Origin: Octopus sinensis
Lineage: Eukaryota
Length of the DNA: 64,000 nt
Reading direction: 5' to 3'
Assembly: GCF_006345805.1 (NCBI RefSeq)
Contig: NC_043001.1
Coordinates: forward strand, 34,100,001-34,164,000
The notes below the pieces were generated by a model. It was not told the origin of the DNA, searched no databases, and saw only the letters and a list, made by a program, of their open reading frames with translations. This document shows, in pieces, positions 24,170-35,957 of the stretch (position 1 is its first letter; each line of letters opens with the position of its first letter). The translations under genes and the position numbers were made by a program.

Positions 24170-24340
24170 ATATCTGGATATCTGCAAGGACGAGCCCCGT
24201 GAGTCAGAGTAACTGCTCCAGTACATCTCACACACCATCCTCCGGGGCAATGCCTTTTCCATTTTGTCTACTGGGACCATGACATGGTCTGACTTACAAG
24301 AAATTGTATGTTCTTCTCTTTAATGTAAAGTTATCACAAT
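24170..24340 (+). mobile_element. Possible CRE-like non-LTR 3' fragment
   Basis: Frame reads DEPRESE*LLQYISHTILRGNAFSILS, resembling the terminal QRLSxAIQRGNA motif of CRE-type elements. Confidence 0.45.
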
Positions 24341-24714
24341 TCCCTACTCTTTCTCAACATCATCCATGAGAAGGGATGAAGACCTCATCAACTCTTACTG
24401 TTTTCATATCCGAAAATACAATACATTTATAATCTTTTTTTTACAATAGGCAAAAGGGCTGAAGTTTTTGGGAGAGAGGGTTAGTCAATTACATCGACCC
24501 CAGTGCTTAACAGGTACCTGTTTCATTGACCTCAAAAAAAAAAAAAAAAGAGCTGAGACAAAGTCGATCGCGGAGGGATTTGAATGGAGAACATAAAGAC
24601 GGACGAAATGCTGCTAAGCATTTTGTCCGGCCGGAGTGCTCACGATTCTGCCGGTTCGCTGCCTTAGTTATTTTATTAGTTATATTAATTTATAATTAAA
24701 TATAATATATGGCG

Positions 24715-24890
24715 GTGGATATTTATCATCATCATAGTCGTCATAACTATCATTATCGTCATCATCGACATCGTCATCATCATCATCATCGCAACCATCA
24801 TCATCATCATCATCATCATCATCACAACCATCATCATCATCATCATCATCATTCTCATCATCGCTGTCGTCATCATCATCATCGTTGTCG

Positions 24891-24927
<37 letters not shown>

Positions 24928-24945
24928 TCTCAACATCATCATTAT
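24715..24945. repeat. Degenerate (CAT)n microsatellite
   Basis: Direct reading; explains the poly-His/Asp/Met ORFs. Confidence 0.9.
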
Positions 24946-25117
24946 ATACACCGAGAGATGCGCAGAGCAGACAGCACAAAAAGTTAAAGAAAGTGCTTTA
25001 TAAAACGAAGAGAGAGGAGAGAAAGAGAGTAAAACAAAAATAGAGGGAGGAAAAGACAGAGAGAGAAAGAGAGAGTGAGAAAGAGTGACAAATAAAATGT
25101 ATGGGACAGAAAAAAAG

Positions 25118-25169
<52 letters not shown>

Positions 25170-25231
25170 AATCAGTATATGCACGCGCGCATATTTGTGT
25201 ATGAATGTGTGTGTGTGTGTGTGTGTGTGGT

Positions 25232-25275
<44 letters not shown>

Positions 25276-25879
25276 GGAGAGAGAGTGGGGGTATGTGTAC
25301 ACGTTAGGGTTAAAGAAGAAAAACGAATTAGCCAGCTGCCTGCAACAGCTTGATATCTCTGTTGGAGTAATCCCCGCTGCTCACATCTGGCAATCTACTC
25401 ACACAAAAATGCACCCATATATAATTCATTCATTTATTTATTTACAACTGGGTAAATGTAAACCCGGGATGAATGAAATAGCTTCGGCTTCGACTAGTTT
25501 CTTTTTACGGAATCTTCTACAACTCTTTATCACTAGCGAAAGAACTACTGGAGTGTGTATCTGGTGCTGTGTGCCTATCCGTTTGTTTACGTAGTCGAGC
25601 TAATATGATAAAATATGATATGATATGATATGATATGATATAATAGGCGTTGGCGTGGCTGTTTTGGAAGAAGTTTGCTTTTCAACCACATGGTTCGGGT
25701 TCAGTCCCACTGTGTAATATCTTGGGCAAGTGTTTCTGCTTTAACGTCAGGCTGACCAAAGCCTTGTAAGTGAATTTGGGAAACGGAAACTGAAAGAAGC
25801 CCGTGGTATACTCATACACACACATACATACATGTATGTATGTATGTATGTATGTATGTATGTATGTGTGTATATATAT

Positions 25880-25913
<34 letters not shown>

Positions 25914-25929
25914 ATATATAATTAAATAA

Positions 25930-26755
25930 ATAAAACATATGCATATATATATACATATATGTACGTACTTACCTCTACATGTATATAGACACGCATATAT
26001 GAGTACAGGACAACAAAAAAACGTCGAACACAATGAGAAACGAAAACATAGACGCAAGCACAAGGAACTGGACATTTTTTCTTAACAACAAAAAAATAGA
26101 GTACAGGACAAATAACACAAAGAAAAAACCCCTTCTTCAGTCGCCATGGTTTCATCTACTCTACGTTTCGAAGGTGAAGGCGAGACGTATCTTCGATAAG
26201 AAACTTTCCTTCCTGCGAAAAGCAAATCAAATAAAATTTGAGATCTTTTTGCAGAGGGGTAAAATGGTAACAAAACCAGGACAGTAACGACAGTACAAAA
26301 TATAAGCAGTAAAAGACAGGACAAGGAAAATAACAAGACAAGAAGGGCTGTTAACGCCGAACGAAAAAAAGTATTACGAACGCTAATTTCTGTGAACGGC
26401 GAACGGAGCAAAGAAAATTGCCGTCCACACCTCAAGAAGGTCAGGCTAGAAAGACAGTAGCGGAGCTCTCGTCGCGGGTCAACGACGGGAGGAGGAGGAG
26501 GAGCAAGAGAAAGGGAGAGAAGAAAGGGGAATGGTTGTGAGGAAACCATGAAGAATGAGAGAGAGGGAGAGAGAGAGTGAAGAATGAGAGAGAGGGAGAG
26601 ACAGTTAAGTAGAAGAACAGGAAATCAAAGAATGAGGGCTGAGAAAGGGATGGGACAGAAGATTAAGAGTGCGCATCAAAATAATATCAAGAACAATCTT
26701 ACTTAGAAAGGGATGCGTGCGTTCCGTCATATAATATATTAATAAATAAAACATA

Positions 26756-26836
<81 letters not shown>

Positions 26837-27095
26837 ATATATATTATGTACGTACTACCTCTACATGTATATATAACACGCATATATGAGTACAGGACAC
26901 CAAAAAAACGTCGAACACAATGAGAAACGAAAACATAGACACACACACAAGGAATGGACATTTTTTCTTAAACACAAAAAATAGAGTACAGGACAAATAA
27001 CACAAGGAAAAAACCCCTTCTTCAGTCGCCATGGTTTCATCTACTCTACGTTTCGAAGGTGAAGGCGAGACGTATCTTCGATAAGAAACTTTCAT
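25930..27095 (-). mobile_element. Penelope-like 3' region with a directly repeated ~280-bp terminal unit (~25930-26215 and ~26750-27095)
   Basis: The two units are near-identical (the same peptide appears in ORFs 25922-26155 and 26844-27113); purine-rich spacer. Confidence 0.5.
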
Positions 27096-27362
27096 GTATA
27101 TATATATACACATTTATATATGTATGTATAATAATAAAGGCTATAATTAATTAATTAATAATTAATAATTTTACCAAGTTCGGTATGTTAAAAGAACCAT
27201 TATCGGTAAACTGTCTGGGAGATTTTCTTATGGTAGTGAAATAATTAGTTTTAACTGCTATTTCTAAATTTCGGTATGTGGTGAAGTAAATTTTTGCTGA
27301 ACCTTAATTATAATTTATAAATATGTATGTATGTATATATCTATGTATGTGTGTGTGAGTGT

Positions 27363-27423
<61 letters not shown>

Positions 27424-28308
27424 TGTGCGTCTTTATGTCTGTGTTTATCCTCCACCACTAATTGGCAACTGGTGTTGGTGTGTTTACGTCCCGGTAACAT
27501 AGCTTTCGGCAGAAAAAGTCTGACAAAATATGAAGCAAGCTTGAAATAGAAATAAGTACTTTGGTTGATTCGTTCAACTAAATTTCTTCTAGGTAGTGCT
27601 CAAGCATGGCCGCAGTCTGATGACTGACACAAGTAAGAGATAAAAGATAATATAATGTTATTTTTCTAATTTTGGCTCGAGGCCAGCAATATTGAAGAAA
27701 GGGCGAGACCAATTATATGGCCTCAGTGCTCAACTGGTACTTATTTTATCGACCTTGAAATGATGAATGATAAGGACGACCTCGACGGCGTTTGAACTCA
27801 AAGCATAAAGTGTCGGAAAAATATGAAAGAAAACTGGAAATAACATAATTTGGCTGACGTTGGATTAAATTTATGTTATGGAGTAAGGTTTTTATTGATA
27901 TGTCTGCAGAAAGTAGTGTTATGAAGTGTTTGAAAAAGAGAAAATGCAAAGAGGGGATACTATTACACAGTTTTAAAAAGCGTTGTCTTGCAGTGAATTA
28001 AGATTATTTTTCTGTAGTTGAAATCTTCAATGCAAAAAGAATCGTATAACCCACATATTGATAAAAAAAAAAATTGAAATTAGAATTTTTAAGAATTTTC
28101 TAGACAGTGTAGAATTTAATAGTTGCTTTCTTTTAGTAAAAGTTACATATTCGCAACTAATTAATAAGCAGCTTTATTCATTATAGAATAGATTATCAAA
28201 TTAGATCTATGAAGATATAAGATCCGAGCAGTTAACAGAACAGCTTCTTGACCCATGACTTAATTTTATCTCAGTTACTACGCATTCTTCTCACTATAGA
28301 CGTTACTA

Positions 28309-28558
28309 TTGGGTTGGTGCATAATTATTGCGGCGTTTTTCAACACATTTTATTCAACAAAAACAATAATAATATTTAACCAAAACATCTTTAAATGACG
28401 GTCTGACCGCCTGCCAAGCAAATGGGAAGCAGTAATTGAAGTAGATGGTGAATATGCTCCGGAATAATCATTTAGAGATGTTTTTGTTACATGTTGTTAT
28501 TGTTTTTGTTGAGTAAAATTTGTTGAAAAAAAGCCGCAATAATTATGCACCAACCCAA
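28309..28558 (+). mobile_element. Mariner MITE (internally deleted) with TA TSD
   Basis: TIRs TTGGGTTGGTGCATAATTATTGCGG / CCGCAATAATTATGCACCAACCCAA; internal DRLPSKWEAVIEVDGEYAPE* is a mariner C-terminus. Confidence 0.9.
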
Positions 28559-28969
28559 TAGTTTTAATGATTTGGCGTTGTGGCCTTTTTTTTATCTATT
28601 TCGCATCAAGTTTTTTTTAAAGCAAGTTGATATCTAACTTTTACGGTTCCTTTTCGTACCATTGCCTTCCGTTCCACTGGACGGTTTCTTTCCATATATC
28701 TTCAATTATGGGTAAATCCAGCAGCGCCGACGATCAACAAATATCCGCAGCAAACGTGTAGTAAAAAATTAACTCCAGGAAAGAACCATTTTTTGAGAGC
28801 AAAAAACTGTCTTAATCCTATGGGTAAAAAAATTGAAATGAAAAACTGATAAGGTGATGGATGGAGGTAGGAGGAAGTGGTGTTTGATTACAGGCGGGAG
28901 GAGAATTTTCAGGTTCATGAGCAGTTCACTCTTTACACTTCTGGTTTAAGGCACGAAAAACTACATCCC

Positions 28970-29660
28970 CCACACACCGACACACACATACTCTTTCCAT
29001 ACACACACACACACTCCCACTCACTCTCACTCCACACACGCGCACACATACAAACACACACTAACGCTCTCTATCCACACACATACACCCTTTCTTTCTA
29101 CACACATACATACACTCTCTCCACATACACACACACTCTCTTTCCACACACACACACTCCACATACGCGCACACATGCAAACACACACTAACGCTCTCTC
29201 CACACACATATACCCTTTCTTTCTATACACACACACACTCTCCACACACGCGCACACACTAACGCTCTCTCTCCACACACATATACCCTTTTTTCTACAC
29301 ACATACACGCACTCTCTTTCCACACACACACTCTCTCTTCACACACTCGTGCACATACAAACACACACTAACGCTCTCTCTCCCCACACACATATACCCT
29401 TTTTTTCTACACACATACACACACTCTCTTTCCACACACACAAACTCTCTCTACACACAAGCACACACTAACGCTCTCTCTCTCCACACACATATACCCT
29501 TTTTTCTACACACATACACACTCTCTCCACACACACACACACACACACACACTCTTTCCACACACACACACACGTACACGCACACATGCCCACGCACACA
29601 TGCACACGCACACATTCCATACACACACACACGCACATACACACACATCCATACATACAC
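28970..29660. repeat. Compound CA/CT minisatellite, ~5 variable-length units
   Basis: Anchor CACACTAACGCTCTCT...ACCCTTT..CTAC repeated five times. Confidence 0.8.
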
Positions 29661-30173
29661 ATACATACATACATACACTTTCAGCCCCTTCCACCCACGC
29701 ATACTCAGTTGTGTTAGCATACAACATATGCAGTTAAATATTGCTATCACGTTGAAACTATTATTGTTATTGTCAGTTGGTTATACAAAAGTTGATAGGT
29801 TGATTATAATGGAGTCTGTTCTATTGGTTTTCATGTTGGTTATGATAGTGACGCTAACGGTGATCGAGCATAGCTGGTGGAAGCGATGGCAGCCATATTT
29901 GTTTTCGTAAATTATATTGTTGTAGCTGTTTGGTCTTAAGGAAATCCTCATTGACTGAAGATCAAAGACATTTCATCTGACTTTTGAAGTACACCAGGGT
30001 AGCATATTAATTAACTCATGCCTTTGTCTTATAATTTAGATTGAGTTGCTTGTCTTGCTTATACTATTGTTGCTATTGTTGTTGGTTATTAACGATTTGG
30101 TGGGTTGGTAAAGGTGGTGGTTGTATTGGTTTTGGTTGTTTTGACGGCAATTGTGTTGCTAGACATACATAAC

Positions 30174-30238
<65 letters not shown>

Positions 30239-30324
30239 ACAGACAGACACACACACACACACACACACAACTATATATATAACTATCCAAAATAAATACC
30301 CGTAAAGATATTATTATTATTATT

Positions 30325-31186
30325 GAGTGAGAGAGCTGTACATTCCATCAATGTGACACTGGGGCAAAATAATATACGAAGCCTAGCATACCCATCATGA
30401 AACCCGTCTGATAAGGGTACACTAGGCAGTGGAGGCACATGGCCTAGTGGTTAGAGCAGCGGACTCGCGGTCGAGAGATCGCGGGTTCGAATCTCAGCCC
30501 GGACGATGTGAGTGTTTATGAGCGAAACACCTAAGCTCCACGCAGCTCCAGCAGAAGATAATGGCGAACTTCTGCTGACTCTTTTGCCACAACTTTCTCC
30601 CACTCTTTCCTCCTGCATCTTGCAGCTCACCTGCGACGGACCGGTGTCCCGTCCAGGTGGGGAACCTATACGCAAAGGAAACCGGGAAACCGGCCCTTAT
30701 GAGCCAGGCGTGGCTCGAGAAGGAACAAACAACAACACTAAACACATGCATCACAGCCATATGTGCGCGACATATCAAAATAAACAGCGCATGACCTTGC
30801 AGGTGGGGCCCAGTTAGAATTTTCTTCTAGTCGAGTAACCCATCCCGCTCAAAAGGTCCCTGAATAAGGGTTGTTTAAGGATGTTGAACGAAACACCCAT
30901 GTTTCCAGAGGTGAATTATTCAAACCCCAAAGAAACCCTCTCAACACATGACTATGATGCTCCCCCACTACTTCTGCTCGTGATCAGAGATGCACATATC
31001 GTCAGCCACTAAGGGACATGCTCAACTGGTTAAGGTCAAACAAGTGACAAGCAAATCTGTGGTATTGAGCAGAATATTGGCTGTAGCCCATCTTTTATAC
31101 CAAGACAAAACAATGTACATGATAACAATTCCCAACAGTTAATCGAAAGCCATGAGAGCCACTGCTTGTACTGCACCAGGGCATTT
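30325..31186 (-). mobile_element. ~560-bp TAA-flanked element, copy 3, interrupted by SINE A (30428-30745)
   Basis: Reverse complement of copy 1 on both sides of the SINE. Confidence 0.85.
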
Positions 31187-31187
31187 G

Positions 31188-31270
<83 letters not shown>

Positions 31271-31282
31271 TACTATTATTGC

Positions 31283-31333
<51 letters not shown>

Positions 31334-31345
31334 TACTATTATTGC

Positions 31346-31379
<34 letters not shown>

Positions 31380-31934
31380 GAGTGAGAGAGCAGTTCATGC
31401 CATCAAAGTGACACTGGGGTAAAATATACGAAGCCCAGTATACCCATCATGACTACCCGTCTGATAAAGGTACACCAGGCACATGCATCACAACCATATG
31501 TGCGCGACATGGTGATCTCATATCAAGATAAACAGCACATGACCTTACAGGTGGGGCCCAGTTAGAATTTTCTTCAGGTTGAGTAGCCCATCCCGCTCAA
31601 ACGGTCCCTGAATAAGGGTTGTTTAAGGATGTTGAACAAAACACCCATGTTTCCAGAGGTGAATTATTCAAACCCCAAAGAATCCCTCTCAACACATGGC
31701 TATGATGCTCCCCCACTACTTCTGCTCGTGATCAGAGATGCACATATCGTCAGCCACTAAGGGACATGCTCAACTGGTTAAGGTCAAACAAGTGACAAGC
31801 AAATCTGTGGTATTGAGCAGAATATTGGCTGTAGCCCATCTTTTATACCAAGACAAAACAATGTACATGATAACAATTCCCAACAGTTAATCGAAAGCCA
31901 TGAGAGCCACTGCTTGTACTGCATCAGGGCATTT
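31380..31934 (-). mobile_element. ~560-bp TAA-flanked element, copy 4
   Basis: Reverse complement of copy 1, between long (TTA)n tracts. Confidence 0.85.
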
Positions 31935-31951
31935 ATTATTATTATTATTAA

Positions 31952-31996
<45 letters not shown>

Positions 31997-32068
31997 CATT
32001 ATTATTATTATTATTATATTATTAATTATTATTATTATTATTATATTATACTATTACTATTATTGCTC

Positions 32069-32099
<31 letters not shown>

Positions 32100-32218
32100 T
32101 ATAGTATTATTATTATTATTATTACTATTACTATTATTATTATTTATTATTATATTATTATTATTATTTTATTATTATTATTACTATACTATTACTATTA
32201 TTATTATTATATTATTAA

Positions 32219-32271
<53 letters not shown>

Positions 32272-32369
32272 TATTATATTATTATCATCAGGAGCAAATC
32301 TAAATAATTGATAATAATAATAACGTTAGTGGCAGCAAGCGATATTAGTATTAAACAGTTAAACAATAA

Positions 32370-33899
32370 ATTCTTAATCATATTAGAGGGTACACGAAAC
32401 ATCAGCTTGCTAAAGAGTGGGAGTAAAAATCTCCAATTAAACCATTAATCTTACTGAAAATATATAACGGACCAACAGAACGGACCAACGGATTACAACG
32501 AGGTGAGAGGGATTTTACATTTTAGGCTCAGTGAAACCTGCTGAGGAAAATTTATTTCTTTATTTCTGAAAGGGGGCTAAACATAGAGGGGACAAACAAG
32601 GACAGACAAAGGGATTAAGTCGATTACATCGACCCCAGTGCGTAACTGGTACTTATTTAATCGACCCCGAAAGGATGAAAGGCAAAGTCGACCTCAGCGG
32701 AATTTGAACTCAGAACGTAACGGCAGACGAAATACCTATTTCTTTACTACCCACAAGGGGTTAAACACAGAGAGGACAAACAAGGACAGACAAACGGATT
32801 AAGTCGATTACATCGACCCCAGTGCGTAACTGGTACTTATTTAATCGACCCCGAAAGGATGAAAGGCAAAGTCGACCTCAGCGGAATTTGAACTCAGAAC
32901 GTAACGGCAGACGAAATACCTATTTCTTTACTACCCACAAGGGGTTAAACACAGAGAGGACAAACAAGGACAGACAAACGGATTAAGTCGATTACATCGA
33001 CCCCAGTGCGTAACTGGTACTTATTTAATCGACCCAGAAAGGATGAAAGGCAAAGTCGACCTCGGCGGAATTTGAACTCAGAACGTAACGGCAGACGAAA
33101 TATCTATTTCTTTACTACCCACAAGGGGCTAAACACAGAGAGGTCAAAAACGGACAGACAAACGGATTAAGTCGATTATATCGACCCCAGTGCGTAACTG
33201 GTACTTATTTAATCGACCCTGAAAGGATGAAAGGCGAAGTCGACCTCGGCGGAATTTGAACTCAAAACGTAGCGGCAGACGAAATATCTATGTCTTTACT
33301 ACCCACAAGGGGCTAAACACAGAGAGGACAAACAAGGACAGACAAACGGATTAAATCGATTATATCGACCCCAGTGCGTAACTGGTACTTATTTAATCGA
33401 CCCAGAAAGGATGAAAGGCGAAGTCGACCTCGGTGGAATTTGAACTCAAGACGTAGCGGCAGACGAAATACCTATGTCTTTACTACCCACAAGAGGCTAA
33501 ACACAGAGAGGACAAACAAGGACAGACAAACGGATTAAGTCGATTACATCGACCCCAGTGCGTAACTGGTACTTATTTAATCGACCCTGAAAGGATGAAA
33601 GGCGAAGTCGACCTCAGCGGAATTTGAACTCAGAACGTAATGGCAGACGAAATAACGCTAAGCATTTCGCCCGGCGCGTTAACAATTAGGCTTTAAACAG
33701 AACTCGAATCATGATCCAGGTATATCTATTATCTTATTCTACGGCTTTTTAGCTGAGAGAATATGTTAAATTCCACTCGTTTCCCGATTTCTGCTGGTCC
33801 GTTACATATTTTCAGTAATATTAGTGGTTAAATCGGAGGTTTTTACTTCCACTCTTTAGCAAACTGGTGCTTCCTGTACCCTCTAATATAATTAAGAAT
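32370..33899. mobile_element. Element bounded by ~120-bp imperfect inverted repeats (32370-32490 / 33785-33899), hosting the SINE-D array
   Basis: ATTCTTAATCATATTAGAGGGTACAC... versus ...GTACCCTCTAATATAATTAAGAAT. Confidence 0.6.
32560..33680 (-). repeat. Tandem array of six 184-bp SINE-D-derived units
   Basis: Marker GTCGATTA at 32619, 32803, 32987, 33171, 33355, 33539; single SINE head at the 33680 end. Confidence 0.9.
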
Positions 33900-34904
33900 A
33901 TATATATATATACACATGTTGAAATGTGGACAGACATTTGGGAAAATGATTGCCATTCCTAAAATAATGTCCATATGCTGACGCAAAGGGGTTTATTTGT
34001 ATAAGATACATTTTATACATATCCGGAAACATGTGCAAACACTAACAAGACAACAGCAATGGTGATGAGGCCTGGCGTTTTACTGCATATGGAATATAAA
34101 TAGACCAAATTTGATTACTATTGCAGTTTTAAAATCAAGTATTAGGATGAAAGACTCAGTCATTAATAGCTTAAGACGAAAATAAAGAACCTATAAAAAT
34201 AATTCTAGTCTTTAGCTAGATGATCGATTATTATTAGCTAATTGTTCACCTGACAGTGAATGCGGCACATTGTTTAATTACTTGATTTATCGGACAGCTT
34301 AAGGGTTTGGTGGTTGATTTCCTGTTGTCGGCACACTGCGTTGTATTCATGGCCAGGATTAATGTTTTTCGTCAGTCACAGACCTATAGGGGAACTATCT
34401 CTCCTCTATGCTTTTTCTATTAAATAAATACTATAATGGCCGCTGCCACTTGGATCTGGTTGGGATAATGCAGTCTCCACTCAAGCATTTCCGCTTTCTT
34501 TCTTTGCTTCTCATTGCTCTTCCGGGTCCTGCACTTCCCACAACGTCGGCCGTCTGGAATTTCTTCCATGTTCCTACGTTTCATGGGAATATCAATGGAA
34601 TGGATCTAACAAGGGTTGCAAAGGCCACGGGCATTGCTGTCTTCTTGGTACAGCAATTTAAAAGAAAGTTATATATAAGCGTAGGCGTGGCTGTGTGGTA
34701 AGAAGCTTGCTTCCTAATTACATGGTTCCGGGTTCAGTCCAATTGCATGGCACATTGAGCAAGTGTCTTTTAATATAGCCTCGGGTCGACCAAGCTTTGT
34801 GAGTGGATTTTGTAGACGGAAACTGAAATAAGTCGGTCGTATATATATATATATATATCTATATATATATAATATATATTATATATTATATATATATATA
34901 TATA

Positions 34905-35753
34905 CTAGCTTAAAAGCCTCCTGTGGAGGGCTCTTCATTGGGCCTTGGGCCCAACAATGACACTTTCTGAATTGAGTATATATTAAATTTTATTAAACTT
35001 AAACAATGTTTTTTAAGCAATGAACAATTTTCATCAAAACAATGATATAATTTGTCGACTTGGAACTTATTGCAAAGCTGCATGATAAACAACATTTTTT
35101 GTCTTCCCGTTCGGGGTTCAGAACAAATAGCTTGTTTCCATTCCCTACTCTTGAATAACCAACACATAGCCGGCCGTAGGCTACAATAAACTTACCTTAT
35201 AAAGTTCAACGATAATTCTTCTGCTGTCACTTAATGTATGTAGGGCCTTACTTCTCGTACAAACAATTATTTGTAGTAGCTGGTAAGTATCTAAACTCCT
35301 GTTTGTAGTTTAAAGGAAAATTACACCACTATTACTAAACACTATTTTAAAGTGGTTTGGAATTACTCTAAACGTATTTGGCCATAAAGATGTTTGAAAT
35401 TTAGTATTTAAAACAATTTTTTAAAGGTAATAATAAAATTAGTCGAATCTATTTTCATGCAGTCGGAGTGCGCTAAGTTTCCATAGCTCCGACGGCCGAC
35501 GGCATGAAAATAGGTCCGATAAATTTTTTTAATATCTGAAAAAATACTAAGTTTCCAACATTTTTCAGGTAGCGAGTTATGAGAGGTAATATTGCATTGT
35601 TCCGAATGTTATGAAGCACGTGTTATGGCTAAATTACTTGATACAGTTATAATATCCAGAGAAAAATATTTTTCAAAATGTTTATTTTGGAAATTACTTT
35701 TGGAAATAGTTATGATATTTAGAGAAATATTTTTTTCAAAGTGTTAGGATAGA
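34905..35753 (-). mobile_element. Helitron derivative retaining the helicase C-terminus
   Basis: 3' hairpin AGCCCTCC-acag-GAGGCT then CTAG|T at 34905; YGRLCVGYSRVGNGNKLFVL / GKTKNVVYHAALQ* match the HGQLYVAxSRV...TKNVVY end of Helitron Pif1; A|TCTATCC 5' end at 35753. Confidence 0.75.
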
Positions 35754-35902
35754 TAAAAAAAAAACAAGAATGAAGAATAGTAGATGAGTCATTGAATAAC
35801 GAGAGAGGGGGTAAAGCATGAGGAATAGTAGAAGTGTCATTGAATAGTGAGAGAGGGGGTCGGAGGAGTAAAGTTGAAAAAGTGTGACACATTCGCATTT
35901 TC

Positions 35903-35957
<55 letters not shown>

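Noticed and set aside
24680-24987. Poly-His, poly-Asp and poly-Met ORFs
   Set aside because: Three frames of one (CAT)n microsatellite with no splice or codon support
26130-26205. CTGAAGA and GAAACGTA motifs as a hammerhead
   Set aside because: Order and stems do not give a valid type I, II or III fold
30428-30510. tRNA-like sequences (also 670-742, 18792-18860, 42491-42560)
   Set aside because: SINE heads continuing into SINE bodies, with no complete acceptor stem; not functional tRNA genes
32560-33680. Regularly spaced repeats resembling a CRISPR array
   Set aside because: The whole 184-bp unit is repeated with no unique spacers; eukaryotic SINE-derived sequence; no cas genes
34408-34701. 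Plus-strand ORF with a signal-peptide-like start
   Set aside because: Hydrophobicity is explained as the antisense of a purine-rich strand; it runs into a SINE; no homology recognised
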